NCBI RefSeq assembly: GCF_006345805.1
Contig: NC_043002.1
Coordinates: forward strand, 32,984,001-33,048,000
Reading direction: 5' to 3'
DNA: 64,000 bases
From: Octopus sinensis
Taxonomy: Eukaryota
In this document: positions 37,210-50,662 of the stretch, piece by piece
How positions within the stretch are numbered: the first letter of the stretch is position 1
Layout of the letters: each line of letters begins with the position of its first letter
Notes under the pieces: generated by a model
Databases searched by the model: none
What the model was told of the DNA's origin: nothing
What the model saw: only the letters and a program-made list of their open reading frames with translations
Made by a program: the position numbers and the translations under genes

Positions 37210-37748
37210 GACGTGGTCTCTTTGTCTGGCGCGTTTTTCCACAGCTTATTCTGATCAAGCAAATTCCTATCTGTCTGGTAGCCTAAGCGAAAGGGGTTGT
37301 GTGGCGGGCTACACTGAAAGAGCTGAAGACAGACAGCTTCACATTTGGCAAAACCCTTTCCAGCTATTTCAAGTTTCACTTGGAAAGGTAAGTAGGTGTG
37401 GAGAGGGAAGTGCTGCCTTTCAGCAAATTTGTTGAAAAGTGGGCAGGAATGGAAAGAATGATCAGAGTGAACGAGCCTACTCTGAGCATCGACTGTAGAT
37501 TGAGTGGAGGAGAATAAGGAGAAGGCACTTGTTACAACAGTCAGCATCACACTGACTTTGTGGAATTTCCACGAACAGACCTCAAAAGCTTACCCACTTT
37601 TGGGGGGATTATTTCTTCTTGATTTCTTTAGTTTCTTTTTTGTTGTTATTTTATTGTTTACAGACTTTTATGTAACTTTTCATTTTATTGTGCAGTATTT
37701 TCCTGCAGAGTTCTTAATCTTTTTCTAAACCCTCAGTGATCAAGAAAT
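37210..37748 (+). mobile_element. Tx1/L1-clade LINE 3' remnant (ORF2 C-terminus + 3' UTR)
   Basis: CLVA*AKGVVWRATLKELK..SYFKFHLER*VGVEREVLPFSKFVEKWAGMERMIRVN. It ends aaaccctcagtgatcaagaaa before (TCA)n. Confidence 0.75.
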
Positions 37749-37774
37749 CATCATCATCATCGTCGTCGCCGTCC

Positions 37775-37815
<41 letters not shown>

Positions 37816-37894
37816 GTTATTATTATTGTTGTTGTTGTTGTTGTTGTTGTTGTTAATATTATTATTATTATCATCATCATCATCATCATCATCA

Positions 37895-38660
<766 letters not shown>

Positions 38661-38663
38661 TAG

Positions 38664-38758
38664 AATGACAAATATCTGAGCGTCAGCAAAAGAGTCGAGC
38701 TCTCCCAAGCGCTACAGCTGTCCGAAACTCAAATAAAGACTTGGTTTCAAAACAGAAG
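38664..38758 (+). CDS. Abox: Homeobox exon (homeodomain residues ~22-53), NK-like class, most like Abox/ceh-19
   Basis: tttag|AAT GAC AAA TAT..TGG TTT CAA AAC AGA AG|gtaaat = [32 protein letters not shown]. The phase-2 donor fits the acceptor at 47104. The family name comes from recalled Abox/ceh-19/CG34031 homeodomains. Confidence 0.85.
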
Positions 38759-38999
38759 GTAAATGTTTGTTTCTTATATTGTTGTTGTTGATGTTGTTAT
38801 ATTAGAATCACAAACCCCAAATTTCCCTTCCACCCTGCCTCTCTATATATATCAATCTATCAGTCTACCTATCTATTGGGTGAATGTAGCAAGGATGGCA
38901 CGAATGAATGACGAAGCCACCTTGAGCATAATCCTATGAACCCGGAAAAACTTAAAACAGAGAGTTACTTACTTGCAAATAAATGTGTTAACATGTGAC

Positions 39000-39352
39000 A
39001 TTATTGACCGAGGTTACCGTGGTCTTTTTCGTAGGCTTTTCTTTGCACGGATAAACCTTATCTGCTTCCCCCTTTACACTTTACATCGTGACATTTCTGT
39101 GATACACGATCTCTATTGATCGTTTTTTTTCTTTTTTTCTTTCCTTTTTACGATCCCTTTTGATCGAAAACCTACCCCACTTTTTTTTTCTCCCCCAAAA
39201 TTTGTAATTTGTAATTTGTCCCGTCTGTGTTCAGCCCTGTGTGGCTAATAAAGAAACATATCTATTTTCATACCATCGCTCACTTTTTATGAATATGTAT
39301 ATAACCTGCAGAGTTCTTAATCTTTTTCTAAACCCTCAGTGGTCAAGAAATC
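39000..39352 (+). mobile_element. Two Tx1-type 3' tails
   Basis: tttgtcccgtctgtgttcagccctgtgtggctaataaagaaa ends at ~39255. 39306-39352 repeats 37703-37748 almost exactly. Confidence 0.6.
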
Positions 39353-40542
39353 ATCATCATCATCATACCAACCATATGGTTCCGGGTTCAGTCCCACTGC
39401 GTGGCACCTTGGGCAAGTGTCTTCTACTATAGCCTCGGGCCGACCAAAGCCTTGTGAGTGGATTTGGTAGACGGAAACTGAAAGAAGCCCGTCGTATATA
39501 TGTATATATGTGTATATGTGTGTGTGTGTGCGTGTATGTTTGTGTGTCTGTATTTGTTCCCCTAGCATTGCTTGACAACCGATGCTGGTGTGTTTATGTC
39601 CCCGTCACTTAGCGGTTCGGCAAAAGAGACCGATAGAATATGTACTGGGCTTACAAAGAATAAGTTCCGGGGTCGAGTTGCTCGATTAAAGGCGGTTCTC
39701 CAGCATGGCCGCAGTCAGATGACTGAAACAAGTAAAAGAGTAACCTAGTTTTCCTGACCCATTTAACCCAACGGGATAGCAAAGGTTAGCTTCTTATTCA
39801 ATACCAGCTAATATTCATTGCCGCATCAACATAGTTAACTTCCAGCTAACGCATGAGCCTTTACATCAGTGGTTCTCAACCAGGGTTACTATGCCCCAGG
39901 GTACCCATATGGCTTTTAGGCGTCCATATAAGATTTTGTTGTTAAAATTTATCTGCAATAAATGGGTTATACTTCTACAATACGCGACGGGTTTCTTCCA
40001 GTTTCTGTCTACCAAATCCACTCTGAAAGCTTTGGTCGGCCCGAGGCTATAGTAGAAGACACTTACTCAGGGTACCATGCAGTGGGGCTGAACCCGGAAC
40101 CATATGGTTGACAAGAAAACTTCTCACCATACTGCCACACCTGCACCTCACAACTGCTTGTGGTGTTGGTGTTTTTACGTCCTTGTCACTAAACGGTTCG
40201 ACAAAAGTGACCGATAGAATAAGTACCAGGCTTTAACAAATAAGTACAGGAATCGTTTCGCTTGACTAAAATCCTACGAAGGGTTGCCCCAGCATGGCTG
40301 CAGTCTAGTGACTGAAACAAGTAAATTACATATATAGAATATATATATATTCTGTTATATATATATATATATTCATTTTGTTCTTCCCTCTCAGAACCTT
40401 ACAGTAGTCTGGAACAACTGAATCTTAGTCAGTCAGTTGATGGGCTCCACTACTTCAAATGTATATCTTTGTCGATATATCTACCTTCTCTATAATGTTG
40501 CCACTTGGTATGAAAATTTTTGTATTAATGGAAAACCTCTAT

Positions 40543-40630
40543 AATTGGCTGATGAGTGCTCAGCATTTTAAAACTGTTGTAATACAACATTTAATAAAAT
40601 AATATAGTACGAAACGATCGTACCAAATTA
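40543..40630 (+). ncRNA. Type-I hammerhead with canonical core and 46-nt loop II
   Basis: AAUUGG-CUGAUGA-GUGCU(46 nt)AGUAC-GAAAC(GAUC)GUA/CCAAAUU. G10.1-C11.1 is intact and helix III is the palindrome ACGAUCGU; predicted cleavage is after 40623. Confidence 0.72.
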
Positions 40631-40700
40631 CTGGAGTCATTCTTGTTGCTTATATATATGTATGTATGTATATATATATATATATATGTATAAATGTATG

Positions 40701-40773
<73 letters not shown>

Positions 40774-40779
40774 TGTATG

Positions 40780-40822
<43 letters not shown>

Positions 40823-41680
40823 ATGTATGTATGTATGAACACACACTCTCACACACATATGCATAAGTGCGTATATACACCACTTCTGCAAAGTAACCAC
40901 ACACGTGTTGTTGGTGATTTCCTTTCCTTCTTTGGACTTTTCCGTTTCTCCTTTCCGACGAAGAGCTATGCTCGAAGCGTCAAACACTCTCTTTTCACCG
41001 AGCGTCAAGCTAAAACATTCCTTATGCACGTCCTTTTGTTGTCCCTTAATTCTATTCGTTTATTTGAATTGACTACACACACACACACACACACACACAA
41101 ATGCATTTATGCATATATGTCATATTTTTGTTTATGCGTCTTTGTCATAATATAAGAATTATACAATATGTCGGTTTCAAATTTTGACACAAGGCCAGCA
41201 AATTCGTAGGAGGAAGTAAGTCGGTTAGTTCGACCTTAGTGATCAACCGGTAAGGCAAAGTCGACCTCAGCTATATTTAAATTCTAAGCGTAAAGACGGG
41301 CGAAACGCGTCAAAGGAATGTGCCCGGTATGCCAGTAATTCTGCAAGCTCGCCGCCTTAGAATTGTATGAAATATTTAAAATATATTTTACATAGGTCAA
41401 ACATTAATGTACATAGAAAATCAATTCATTACGTAGCGACATATATATCATTAACAATTGTTAACAATCTATTCCGTGTTTTGTCACTGAATGAGCTGAT
41501 AACGACGGTCGTTAACCGCCCAGCCTGATGGAGAGGAGTGTTATATAAATGCGTAATATATATGTATATGCAACGAACAACTATACATATATATGTGTGT
41601 GCGTGTGTGTGCGCGCGGACATACATGTGTGTGTATGCATATGTGTGAATATGTATGTATGTGTATATGTATGTGTATAT

Positions 41681-41987
41681 ATCACCACGATCACAGTGAC
41701 TACCAGGCTATCAGATGTTGCTACACATCGCTGGTCACAATGCGTTTCGCATTGTTTTAACCTTCAAATGACGCCACCCCGCTGGCTAAGCGAGCAGGCC
41801 AACAGAAGAAAGAATGAGAGAAAGTTGTGGCGAAAGAGTACATCAGGGATCGCCACCACCCCTGCCGGAACATCGTGGATCTTTAGGTGTTTTCGCTCAA
41901 TAAACACTAATAAAGCCCGGTCTGGGAATCGAAACAGCGATTCTACAACCGCGTGTCCGCTGCCCTAACAACTGGGCATTGCGCCTC
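41681..41987 (-). mobile_element. tRNA-derived SINE, family B with tail 2
   Basis: Same head as 9923-10298 but a different tail (..gatgtgtagcaacatctgatagcctggt..gtgat). Further copies at 53817-54110 (+) and 58430-58740 (-). Confidence 0.85.
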
Positions 41988-43323
41988 AACATGTGTATAT
42001 ATAAAAGTAGATAAAGATAGATAGATGCAAACATACATACATTCATACATACAAACATAAATATATACATATATACATACATAAACATAGATAATTATTA
42101 TTCGATAATTATTATTCTTAAACAAGAATATTACAGACAATGACTTCGAAGTTTCGGCCATTTGTTTATCTTATGCTTTGAAGTTCAGAAGAGGATGTGC
42201 GTAGGTGCAAAGGTTGTTGTTCCATATGTTTCTCTCTAGTTGTTTATTGTTCTCTGCGCAGTTTGATTATTATGTAGGAATTTTGACACAATATAAAATT
42301 TTAATATATTATAAAATACCTACATTTGAAACAGAATTGAAGAAATATTCATTAACACATAGCCCACAAACCCAGTCTCCATAAAAGATAAGGGTTAATA
42401 TTTCATTGCAGTCCCCTGCCATAAAAAATCCATTCCTTTTTAGAATAAAAATCTATCATCCAGTCTCAGTTTAGGGATCTCACCAGCCACCTTTATACAT
42501 ATATAAAGCTTTCTCTTCCTCCTAGGCTTAATTAGTTTGTTACTTGAAATTACCAATAAAATTAAATAGACATGACGAAACCGTATTTGCGCTTACTGAA
42601 ATTTTACTCTGGAGATATATTGTCGGTTGCAAATAAGATCGAGTTTCTTAGAATAAGTTCGTGCAGATTAGTTTTCGATTAAGATGACTGAACTTCAACT
42701 ACAAACGAGACTGAGTTAAAGGCATGATTTAGTGAAAAATAATGTAAATCTTAACAATCAGCTGCCTATCAAGTTACTTAGTGCTAATATGTTTAATGCC
42801 TGGTTATTAGGAAACTAACTAGAACTAGATATACTGCAGAGGAGAATTTAAAATATTGATATTAAAAATATTTAAGTGAAAGAGCTATTTGGGGATGGGT
42901 TTTTTTTTTAATCTATTTTTGTCTTATTAAACTTCATTAGCAAAGCTTTGATATTTCCGTAGTTGCCTAGAAATATAGAGACATTTCCTGAATGATGGTA
43001 CAAAACTGTACAATGGTTGGGCGTAGAAAAACCGAAACGTTTGAGGGTTCTTGCAAGATATGTACGATTTGTTATTTTTCACATTGACGAAGTTTTATCG
43101 TTAACTTGCAAAAGTATGTATTTTTTCTTCTATTAATTCATATTCTATTTCCAACGACAACCGAGAGGAAAAAACCTCAGTGTACGAAGCGCAGTTCTCA
43201 TATCCATTTCCAGGGCTTCTGAGACTGATCCGAATTGAAACAGCTAAAGAGTAACAATCGATAGATTATATTCCTATGGACTTTTTCAAAGGTGAAATTT
43301 AATGGTACAATAGCTATTAAAAA

Positions 43324-43642
43324 GACTCCGCCGGTTACGACGACGAGGGTCCCAGCTGATACGATCAACGGAACAGCTTGCTCGTGAAATTAACGTGCAA
43401 ATGGCTGAGCATTCCACAGACACGTGTACCCTTAACGTAGTTCTCGGGGATAATCAGCGTGACACAGAGAGTGACAAGGCTGACCCTTTGAAATACAAGT
43501 ACAACTCATTTTTGCCAGCTGAGTGGACTGGAGCAACGTGAAATAAAGTGTCTTGCTCAAGGACACAACGCGTCGCCGGGAATCGAGCTCACAACCTTAC
43601 GATCATGAGCCGAATGCCCTAACCACTAAGCCACGCGCCCTC
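43324..43642 (-). mobile_element. tRNA-derived SINE, family D (CORE-like middle + tail 1)
   Basis: Head gggcgcgtggcttagtggttaggg..ctcgattccc, then gtgtccttgagcaagacactt, then the same tail as 9923-10298. Confidence 0.85.
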
Positions 43643-44570
43643 ACAATAGCTATAAACGTAAATTAAACCCATAACCTTCATTCGCAAGCTAGTGTGACCT
43701 GATAGCATGTACTATGCTTTTGGTAATTGCTTTAGGTGCTATGTGTTTGCGAGCAGGCATAGACACCCTCGCGACAGAAACTCTTTGACTCAGCGGAACA
43801 TCGAGAACGAGAGGGACAGAGGGACGGACGGACGGATGTAGGGATGGATTCAGGGAGGGAGGGATACAAGGATGGATGCAGGGAGAGAGAACTGCACCAT
43901 CTGAGAAGATTGGAGCAGCATGAAATGAAACCCCATTCTCAAAGACATGATGCATCGTCCGGTCCAGGAATCGAACCGCCAACCTAAGGGAGGAGGAGTG
44001 GCAAGTAGATTTATCAACCATATCAAGAAAATGGGAGAAATAATTTTACAGAATCAAAGAAAAATGAAATAGTAAAAAACAAAGCTAACCCTATTAGAGA
44101 AATATTCCTAGGAGACTCCCTTTCTTCACCCTACTCTTGTAGTCATTTAATTCTATTATCAATTTTACTACATGATTTGAGATATTTTGTACATTAAAAT
44201 TATTATTGTAATTACTTTTAATCTTCGGCATAAATTATCACCTTTAATCTTTAGCAGATTAAATGCTGGAAAAGATGCTGTTCTTCCACATCTCATTTCC
44301 TCTTTCTTCAATTTGACTTTTGATCTAAACACATCTATTTTTTCTATTAAATCAAACTTCTTTGATTTCGGTCTTTTAGAGTTATATTTGAATCATTCAC
44401 TTCGGGAAAAGAATATTGCAAAGTTAAATGAAGCATCCATTTAGAATTAGAAAATTTTGAAGTTCACGAATGATCCTTTGCTTTTAAATAAAAGTAAAAA
44501 TATTACTACTTCATTTGCAGTTCACTGCAGAACATTTTTTCTCCATAACCCACTCGTTTTTTTAGTTATA

Positions 44571-46079
44571 CAGAGTGTCCGTAAAGTCTTCTTACAATTT
44601 CAAAATTTATTACCAAAGAAAATAAATAGATAAATCTGTGAAAATTATTAAAAAATAAGGAGTAGATATTGAAGTTTTTTTTTTTGTGCTTCATTTAATA
44701 CATCTCTATATGGGAACCATTAGTTGCACGAAGCACATCAAGGCGGTAATCAATTTCCTGCCATTTTCACTGTAGCATAACCCTATCAATGGTTGCAATG
44801 GAATTCAGGGACCCTTTGCTTCAGGTCATTGATGTCTTGTATCTTCGTTTGACACACAATGTTTAACTGTTATATCGCAATGCTACACAGTGGCTGTGTG
44901 AGCTACGAAATCCTCGTCGCCACTGTTATATTGCACGTTCTGATGGCCTCAACTCAACTCCTAGACGTCTAGACTTCTTCCTCTATATCTACGTATTGGG
45001 TAAGCCTACTTCATCGTCTGAGGGCTTCGACACAACATTAACATAACCCCATACAAAAATGTTCAGATGAGTGATACCCGGGGAACGTGATGGCCAGGGA
45101 ATTGGGGCATCCCTTCTAATCCGCTAGTCTGAAAATGTTTGATTTAGGAACCCATGAAGATGCAGTCCCAGATGTAGTGGTGAACCATCCTGCTGGAAAA
45201 TGATGGTAGGTTGAAGGTCGTCCAGTTGTGGCACCACATATTCAGTCAAAAAGTCAAGGTAAACATTTGCAGAAATTGATTTCTCTGTGAAGAAAACTGG
45301 ACCAATGATTCGATTGCACATCGTCCCACACCAGATGTTCACCTTTAGACTATCTCGGTGAAGTTTCCTAGTCACATGGAGGTGTTCCGATCTCTAGATT
45401 CTCACATTACATATGTTCAGTTTCCCTGAAAAGTGTAAGGTTGCCTTATCACTAAAACAAACTTGGGCGAGGAAAGCTGCATCCTCAGAAATTCGTTCCC
45501 GCATGCTAACTCAAACTGTTTGCGTCTTGGTTTATCATTTGGTTTGAGTGCCTGTAATAGTTGCACTTTTTAAGAGTACAGTCGCAATTCTCGAGTAGGA
45601 CTTTGTGCACTGTTGAACGTGGTAGCTGTAACTGTTTAGCAGCAGTACTATGGACTTTGTAGGAGAATTAGTAATGGCTTGTCTTATACGATCGATGTTT
45701 TCCTCAAATAATTTTGGTCGTCCACTCTTCGCTTTATCCAACACTGTTCCTGTTTCCATAAGTTTCTTGTGCCACGCACAAACTGACGGACGTGACAGTG
45801 GATGTATTCCATGTTTAATCCTGTAGTGTCACGGGGTCTGCATGTCAGATTTTGTTTCAATAAACCACCATACACATTGTTCCTTTTCTTGAGGAGTAGC
45901 CATTTTTGTAGGGTTTATCCGAACCTTTTCCACCAAGAGAGTACCTGAAAATCACAAATTCAATGTGGTTAAAATCTTTCATAACCTCTGAGTACATAGA
46001 GCAAATCTGATAAATATATCTCATCAATTGCCTTTGTAATAAATTTTTGAAATTGTAAAGGGAATTTATGGACACTTTA
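44571..46079 (-). mobile_element. Tc1/mariner-superfamily DNA transposon, degenerate, both TIRs present
   Basis: TA|cagagtgtcc..ttacaatttcaaaa and its inverse ..ggacacttta|TA. Transposase pieces METGTVLDKAKSGRPK.. and RDSLKVNIWCG..IIGPVFF..FQQDG..WIGR..WP.RSP. There is a ~170-bp insertion at ~44868-45040. Confidence 0.88.
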
Positions 46080-47103
46080 TATAATAAACGTTTATATTCG
46101 AATTTAATGGAAGATGTAAAGAAAATCGCAAAAGAGTCGGTTGTTGAAAGACTTGGGTTTTGATTTTGATTTTCTTTGGGCGTGATTTGGTCGATCACAG
46201 CAAAATTTTAATATGAAGATTAATTTAATTTACTTTTATGGAAAACTCTTAACGAGCTCCAAGAGTTGCCAGTATACCGTCGATACATGCGCTGACACAT
46301 TTATCCCAGTTGAAGCCCTCTTTAATAATATTATTTCTCTCTGTAAGGTGATGAGCTGGTAGGAACGTTAGTGCGTCGGACAAAATGATTTTGCGGCATT
46401 TCGACCGTCTTTACGTTCTGAGTTCAAATTTCACCGAGATCGATATTTCTTTTTATCCTTTCGGGGTCGATAAAATGAGCACTGGAGTCGATGTAATCGA
46501 TTTACCTCCCCTGAAATGGCTGGCCTTGGGCCAAAATTTGAAACCAATATAATTTCCATCAATTGAAGTAGAAAAAGAACTAGAGAATAAAATGCCCTTT
46601 GCAGTCCACCAGAGTACCACACATTAACCATAAATTGAGCTTGCTTATTTACAGTTATCAATCAAATAATCCACCTGATTTCGTTGCGGAAACCAATTGT
46701 TCTTTACGATTTCTCGAAATATCACTATTTTCACTATCGACGGTATCATTTGACAAGGAAATGTACCGAAACTTCTTAGCAACATCATTACATGTAATAC
46801 AGACTGTTACCATTTGGTAACAGGTTTAGGAGGCCCTCTCCAACCGTACGGAGATTCTTTAATTTTCTGTCCCCATAAAATACAATATGACACAAATGTA
46901 GCTTTCTTCTACAAAAAATATAAAACTTTGGTCTATTGGTTGAACATCTATCATACTTACAGAAGATATTGAGGCATCGATGTGTGTGGGAATGTGTGTT
47001 TGTGTGTGTGCGAGCGTGTGTGTGTGTGGGAAGTGTCTATGAGTCTGCTTGTCATCTGCTTCTTTCCTTTCTCTGTCTGACTTTCTCAATTTTCCTTTTA
47101 CAG

Positions 47104-47311
47104 GACAAAATGGAAGAAACAGTTGGCGTCACGGTTGAAATTAGCACAAAGACAAGGGATTTTACCATCGGCCTACTGGAATGCTGCTTTCCCAAGTTAT
47201 ACGAATATTTTCCAACCTTACCCTGCCACAAACCTCTCTGATTTGTCATCAAATCAAACAGCACAGATTCAGCCTTCATCAAGTCTTTCGTTTGCCATGA
47301 ACCTTGGCTAG
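47104..47311 (+). CDS. Abox: Terminal coding exon of the homeobox gene
   Basis: Pyrimidine tract..ttttacag|G ACA AAA TGG AAG AAA CAG = (R)TKWKKQLASRLKLAQRQGILPSAYWNAAF..MNLG*. It completes homeodomain helix 3 in frame. Confidence 0.88.
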
Positions 47312-47555
47312 AATTCCCTGCAGAACACACCGTATGACTTTACACAAAGACCTTACGCAGTCCTTAATTATGCTACATGTGTACTGTACACTTCCTTTCT
47401 CTACCTTCTCTTCCCACACGCTTTCATTCTGTCTATTACCCTCTTGCTTCTCTTCATAAACTACATGGTATTTTTGTAAACCTTATATTTTCATATTCGT
47501 AGAAAACCCTTGGGTGAAAGTTTATCGGAAAAGAATTTTGTATAAGCATGAGATA

Positions 47556-47602
<47 letters not shown>

Positions 47603-48254
47603 AGGTTCGAAAGGAACATACGAGTTGATATGTATAAGGAAAAAAATCAAGGTAGAAAATGCTAAAATAGTTTTATCATAAAAGACATTTTAGTTCTGGT
47701 TTCAGTCGTTGAGACTTTTTCAAATCTAAGAATGGAAAACAGCTAAATTTTAGAAAAATTAAATGGAAACTTTTTTTAAAAGAATATTTGCATAGTATTC
47801 AAATATAAGGGGCATTTTCCTTGTATTTGAATACTATGCAGATATTCTTTTAAAAAAGTTTTCGTGTAATTTTTCCAAAATTTAATTGTTTTCTATACTT
47901 TCTATACTTAATTGTTTTCTATACGTTGCTGTCGACTTTTTCTTTTCAACACTTTCAGGCTCGATGACATAAGTATCAGTTGAGAACTAGGCATAATGTA
48001 ATATAGACTAGCCCCTTCCATAAAACCTCCGGCTTTGTATCTACGGTAGAAAGGATCATTAAAGTTGATACGTCATCTAAAAGATTTTTCTTCAGATTTT
48101 TGTCAATTACAACTTTTTATTCTATCCTGGTCATCGTCTAAATATGATTATAAGACACTTACACAGATATATATATATCGTGACCGAGGAAGACCATTGC
48201 CGACCTTCAGGAACATTGTGCACTCTAGGACTAACTTATATTTTGCATTTGCGG

Positions 48255-48290
<36 letters not shown>

Positions 48291-48298
48291 CAAAAATC

Positions 48299-48355
<57 letters not shown>

Positions 48356-49249
48356 CATGTAAAAGAATATACACACACACTATTTATGACATTTATAAAA
48401 ACATCCTTAAAGTTTGAACTATTTCGGCTGCAAAAGCATCTACCAGTATCCTTTCTGCCCCCATCATAAAGGAAGTTTTCTTGTGTAAATAGCGACAAAA
48501 TTTGTACCTCAAAATCTGGTGTCATAAACCAGATGAGGTGAGACTTGAAATCCTAATTAACTTAATATGTGTATAATAAATTTGATCCTACTGAACGTAT
48601 TGAGTCTTTTTATTAGTATAAGTTTGTTGTTAACACCTTTATCATTTTAACATTAACACACATATACACACAGGCAAACACATATATATATGAATACAGG
48701 AGGGTTGTACGGAAGGAATGTAAAAGAAGTCATAACTTTTTTTTTCATGAGCACAGATTCGTGATGCTGATGGCGTAACTCTTCATTTATAATTCTTCTC
48801 CCGGCTCTTCTTCAGTGCAGGCAAATATCACTGATTTTTTTTTTTTTTTTTGATAAGTTTTATTTCCTATGTTTTGAAACTAACCTATTTTCCATTATAT
48901 CTCAGACAGATTCAGCGCTGAGTTGTTGCAGCAGAGATATCGTTATAGCAAATATTCTGCTCAATACCATTTGCTTGTTAGTTGCTTGACATTAACCACT
49001 TGAACATGTCCCATAGTGATTGACAATATGTGCATCTCTAATTATGAACAAGAGTAGTGGAAGAGCATCATAGCCATATTTTGAGAGAGATTCTTTGGGA
49101 TTCGAATAGATGTAACAAAAGCAAAGTTTGAAGGAAATATTAGCCATTTTTTATACTTTCTCGGGGTAAGAAAACAGGAAATAACAGTTGCTACCTAAGG
49201 ACAAAAATCGTGTTACACTGTGTAATGGGTTCCAAATAGAACCAACTTG

Positions 49250-50150
49250 CTATCGTTGAGTTCTTGATGAAGTAGTACATGCTGCCAAACATCTATAAAA
49301 GGCTATAGATTATTTACGGTGCTGGCACAATTGACAAAAGTAAAGTACACAGATGGGTGAAGAAATTTAAAGAAACGAAAAACCAGTATTGAAAACAAAC
49401 CGATCATCAGATATAACCACTCAACACAAATCATCAACGAGTAGATGAAATGATTCGCATGGGGAGATGTATGTTTGCTGCACAAACAGCAATAGAGGAA
49501 GACCATCAGAGAGCGCACAAAGTGGGTACTTTGGGAATTGATACATGATTTGAAGTGTGCTCTGATCTGGAAACGTTCGAAACCAAAGAAAACATCTTTA
49601 TTTTGTGCGATGTAATTTTGAACTGGTGTCGGGGGATGAAATGTGACCGTGTCTTTAGGATATGGAAACAAAAGCTCAGCCCATAGGATGGCATCACACC
49701 TCATCTCTAAGGTCTAAGAAGTTCAAGAGCTAGTGATCGTCTCAGAAAGTTGTAGTAACTGTTTTGTGGAATGATAAAGGTATCATTCTCCTTGGTTTTA
49801 GGGAACGTGGCAGAACCGTCAACAGCGAGCGGTACAATTAGACACTTAAAACTTGTAGCGAAACCATCAATACAAAAAAGGGTCCGATAACAGTACACAT
49901 CTAACATGACAATGCACGACCAGACTCAATCTTGACCAAATCAGGCAATCAGCAAAGTGGATTGTTAAGTGCTTCCCCACTGTACCGAACTATCTGGATC
50001 ACGTGCCATTTGACTTCCCTCGGTTTGGTACAATGAAGAGCAGTATTCGAGGACGACCATGTGATAAAGGAGACAAAGTGAAGGTAGGGGTGAAAAAGCA
50101 GGTGGAGGCCTGATATTTTTCAAAGATTTGAGTGTAGGATTCAACGAAGG
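49250..50150 (+). pseudogene. Mariner (DD34D-type) transposase remnant
   Basis: Fragments read YGAGTIDKSKVHRWVKKFKE, GDE, KVVVTVLWNDKGIILL..GRTVNSERY and HDNARP, with many stops and frameshifts. Confidence 0.75.
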
Positions 50151-50471
50151 CGCGCATCTAACTATGTTGTGTTGTACCTTAGTATAAAATATGTGCAGTT
50201 TGAACGACCTATATCAAACAATTAATAAAATGCCCACTTTACCTTTTCTTTCGCGACGAAGTGTGTGCGTGTGTGTATACATAGGTATGTCTGTCTGTCT
50301 GTATATATGTATATATATATTATATATTATATATATATATATACATACATACATACACATATGTATATCTATATTATAATGTATATGAATATCTATATGA
50401 TAATATATATATATATACATACATACACATATGTATATCTATATTATAATGTATATGAATATCTTTATTAT

Positions 50472-50514
<43 letters not shown>

Positions 50515-50536
50515 TATATATACATATAGATATATA

Positions 50537-50577
<41 letters not shown>

Positions 50578-50622
50578 GATATATATATATATACATATAG
50601 ATATATATATATATACATATAG

Positions 50623-50662
<40 letters not shown>

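Noticed and set aside
37245-37387. Apparent in-phase exon (ttttccacag..aaag|gtaagt) upstream of the homeobox exon
   Set aside because: It does not encode homeodomain helix 1, and another frame is clearly Tx1 ORF2 C-terminus. At most it is a cryptic exon.
42140-42195. Minus-strand GAAACUUCGAAGUC palindromic helix-III-like motif
   Set aside because: No CUGANGA core upstream (CUGAACUU).
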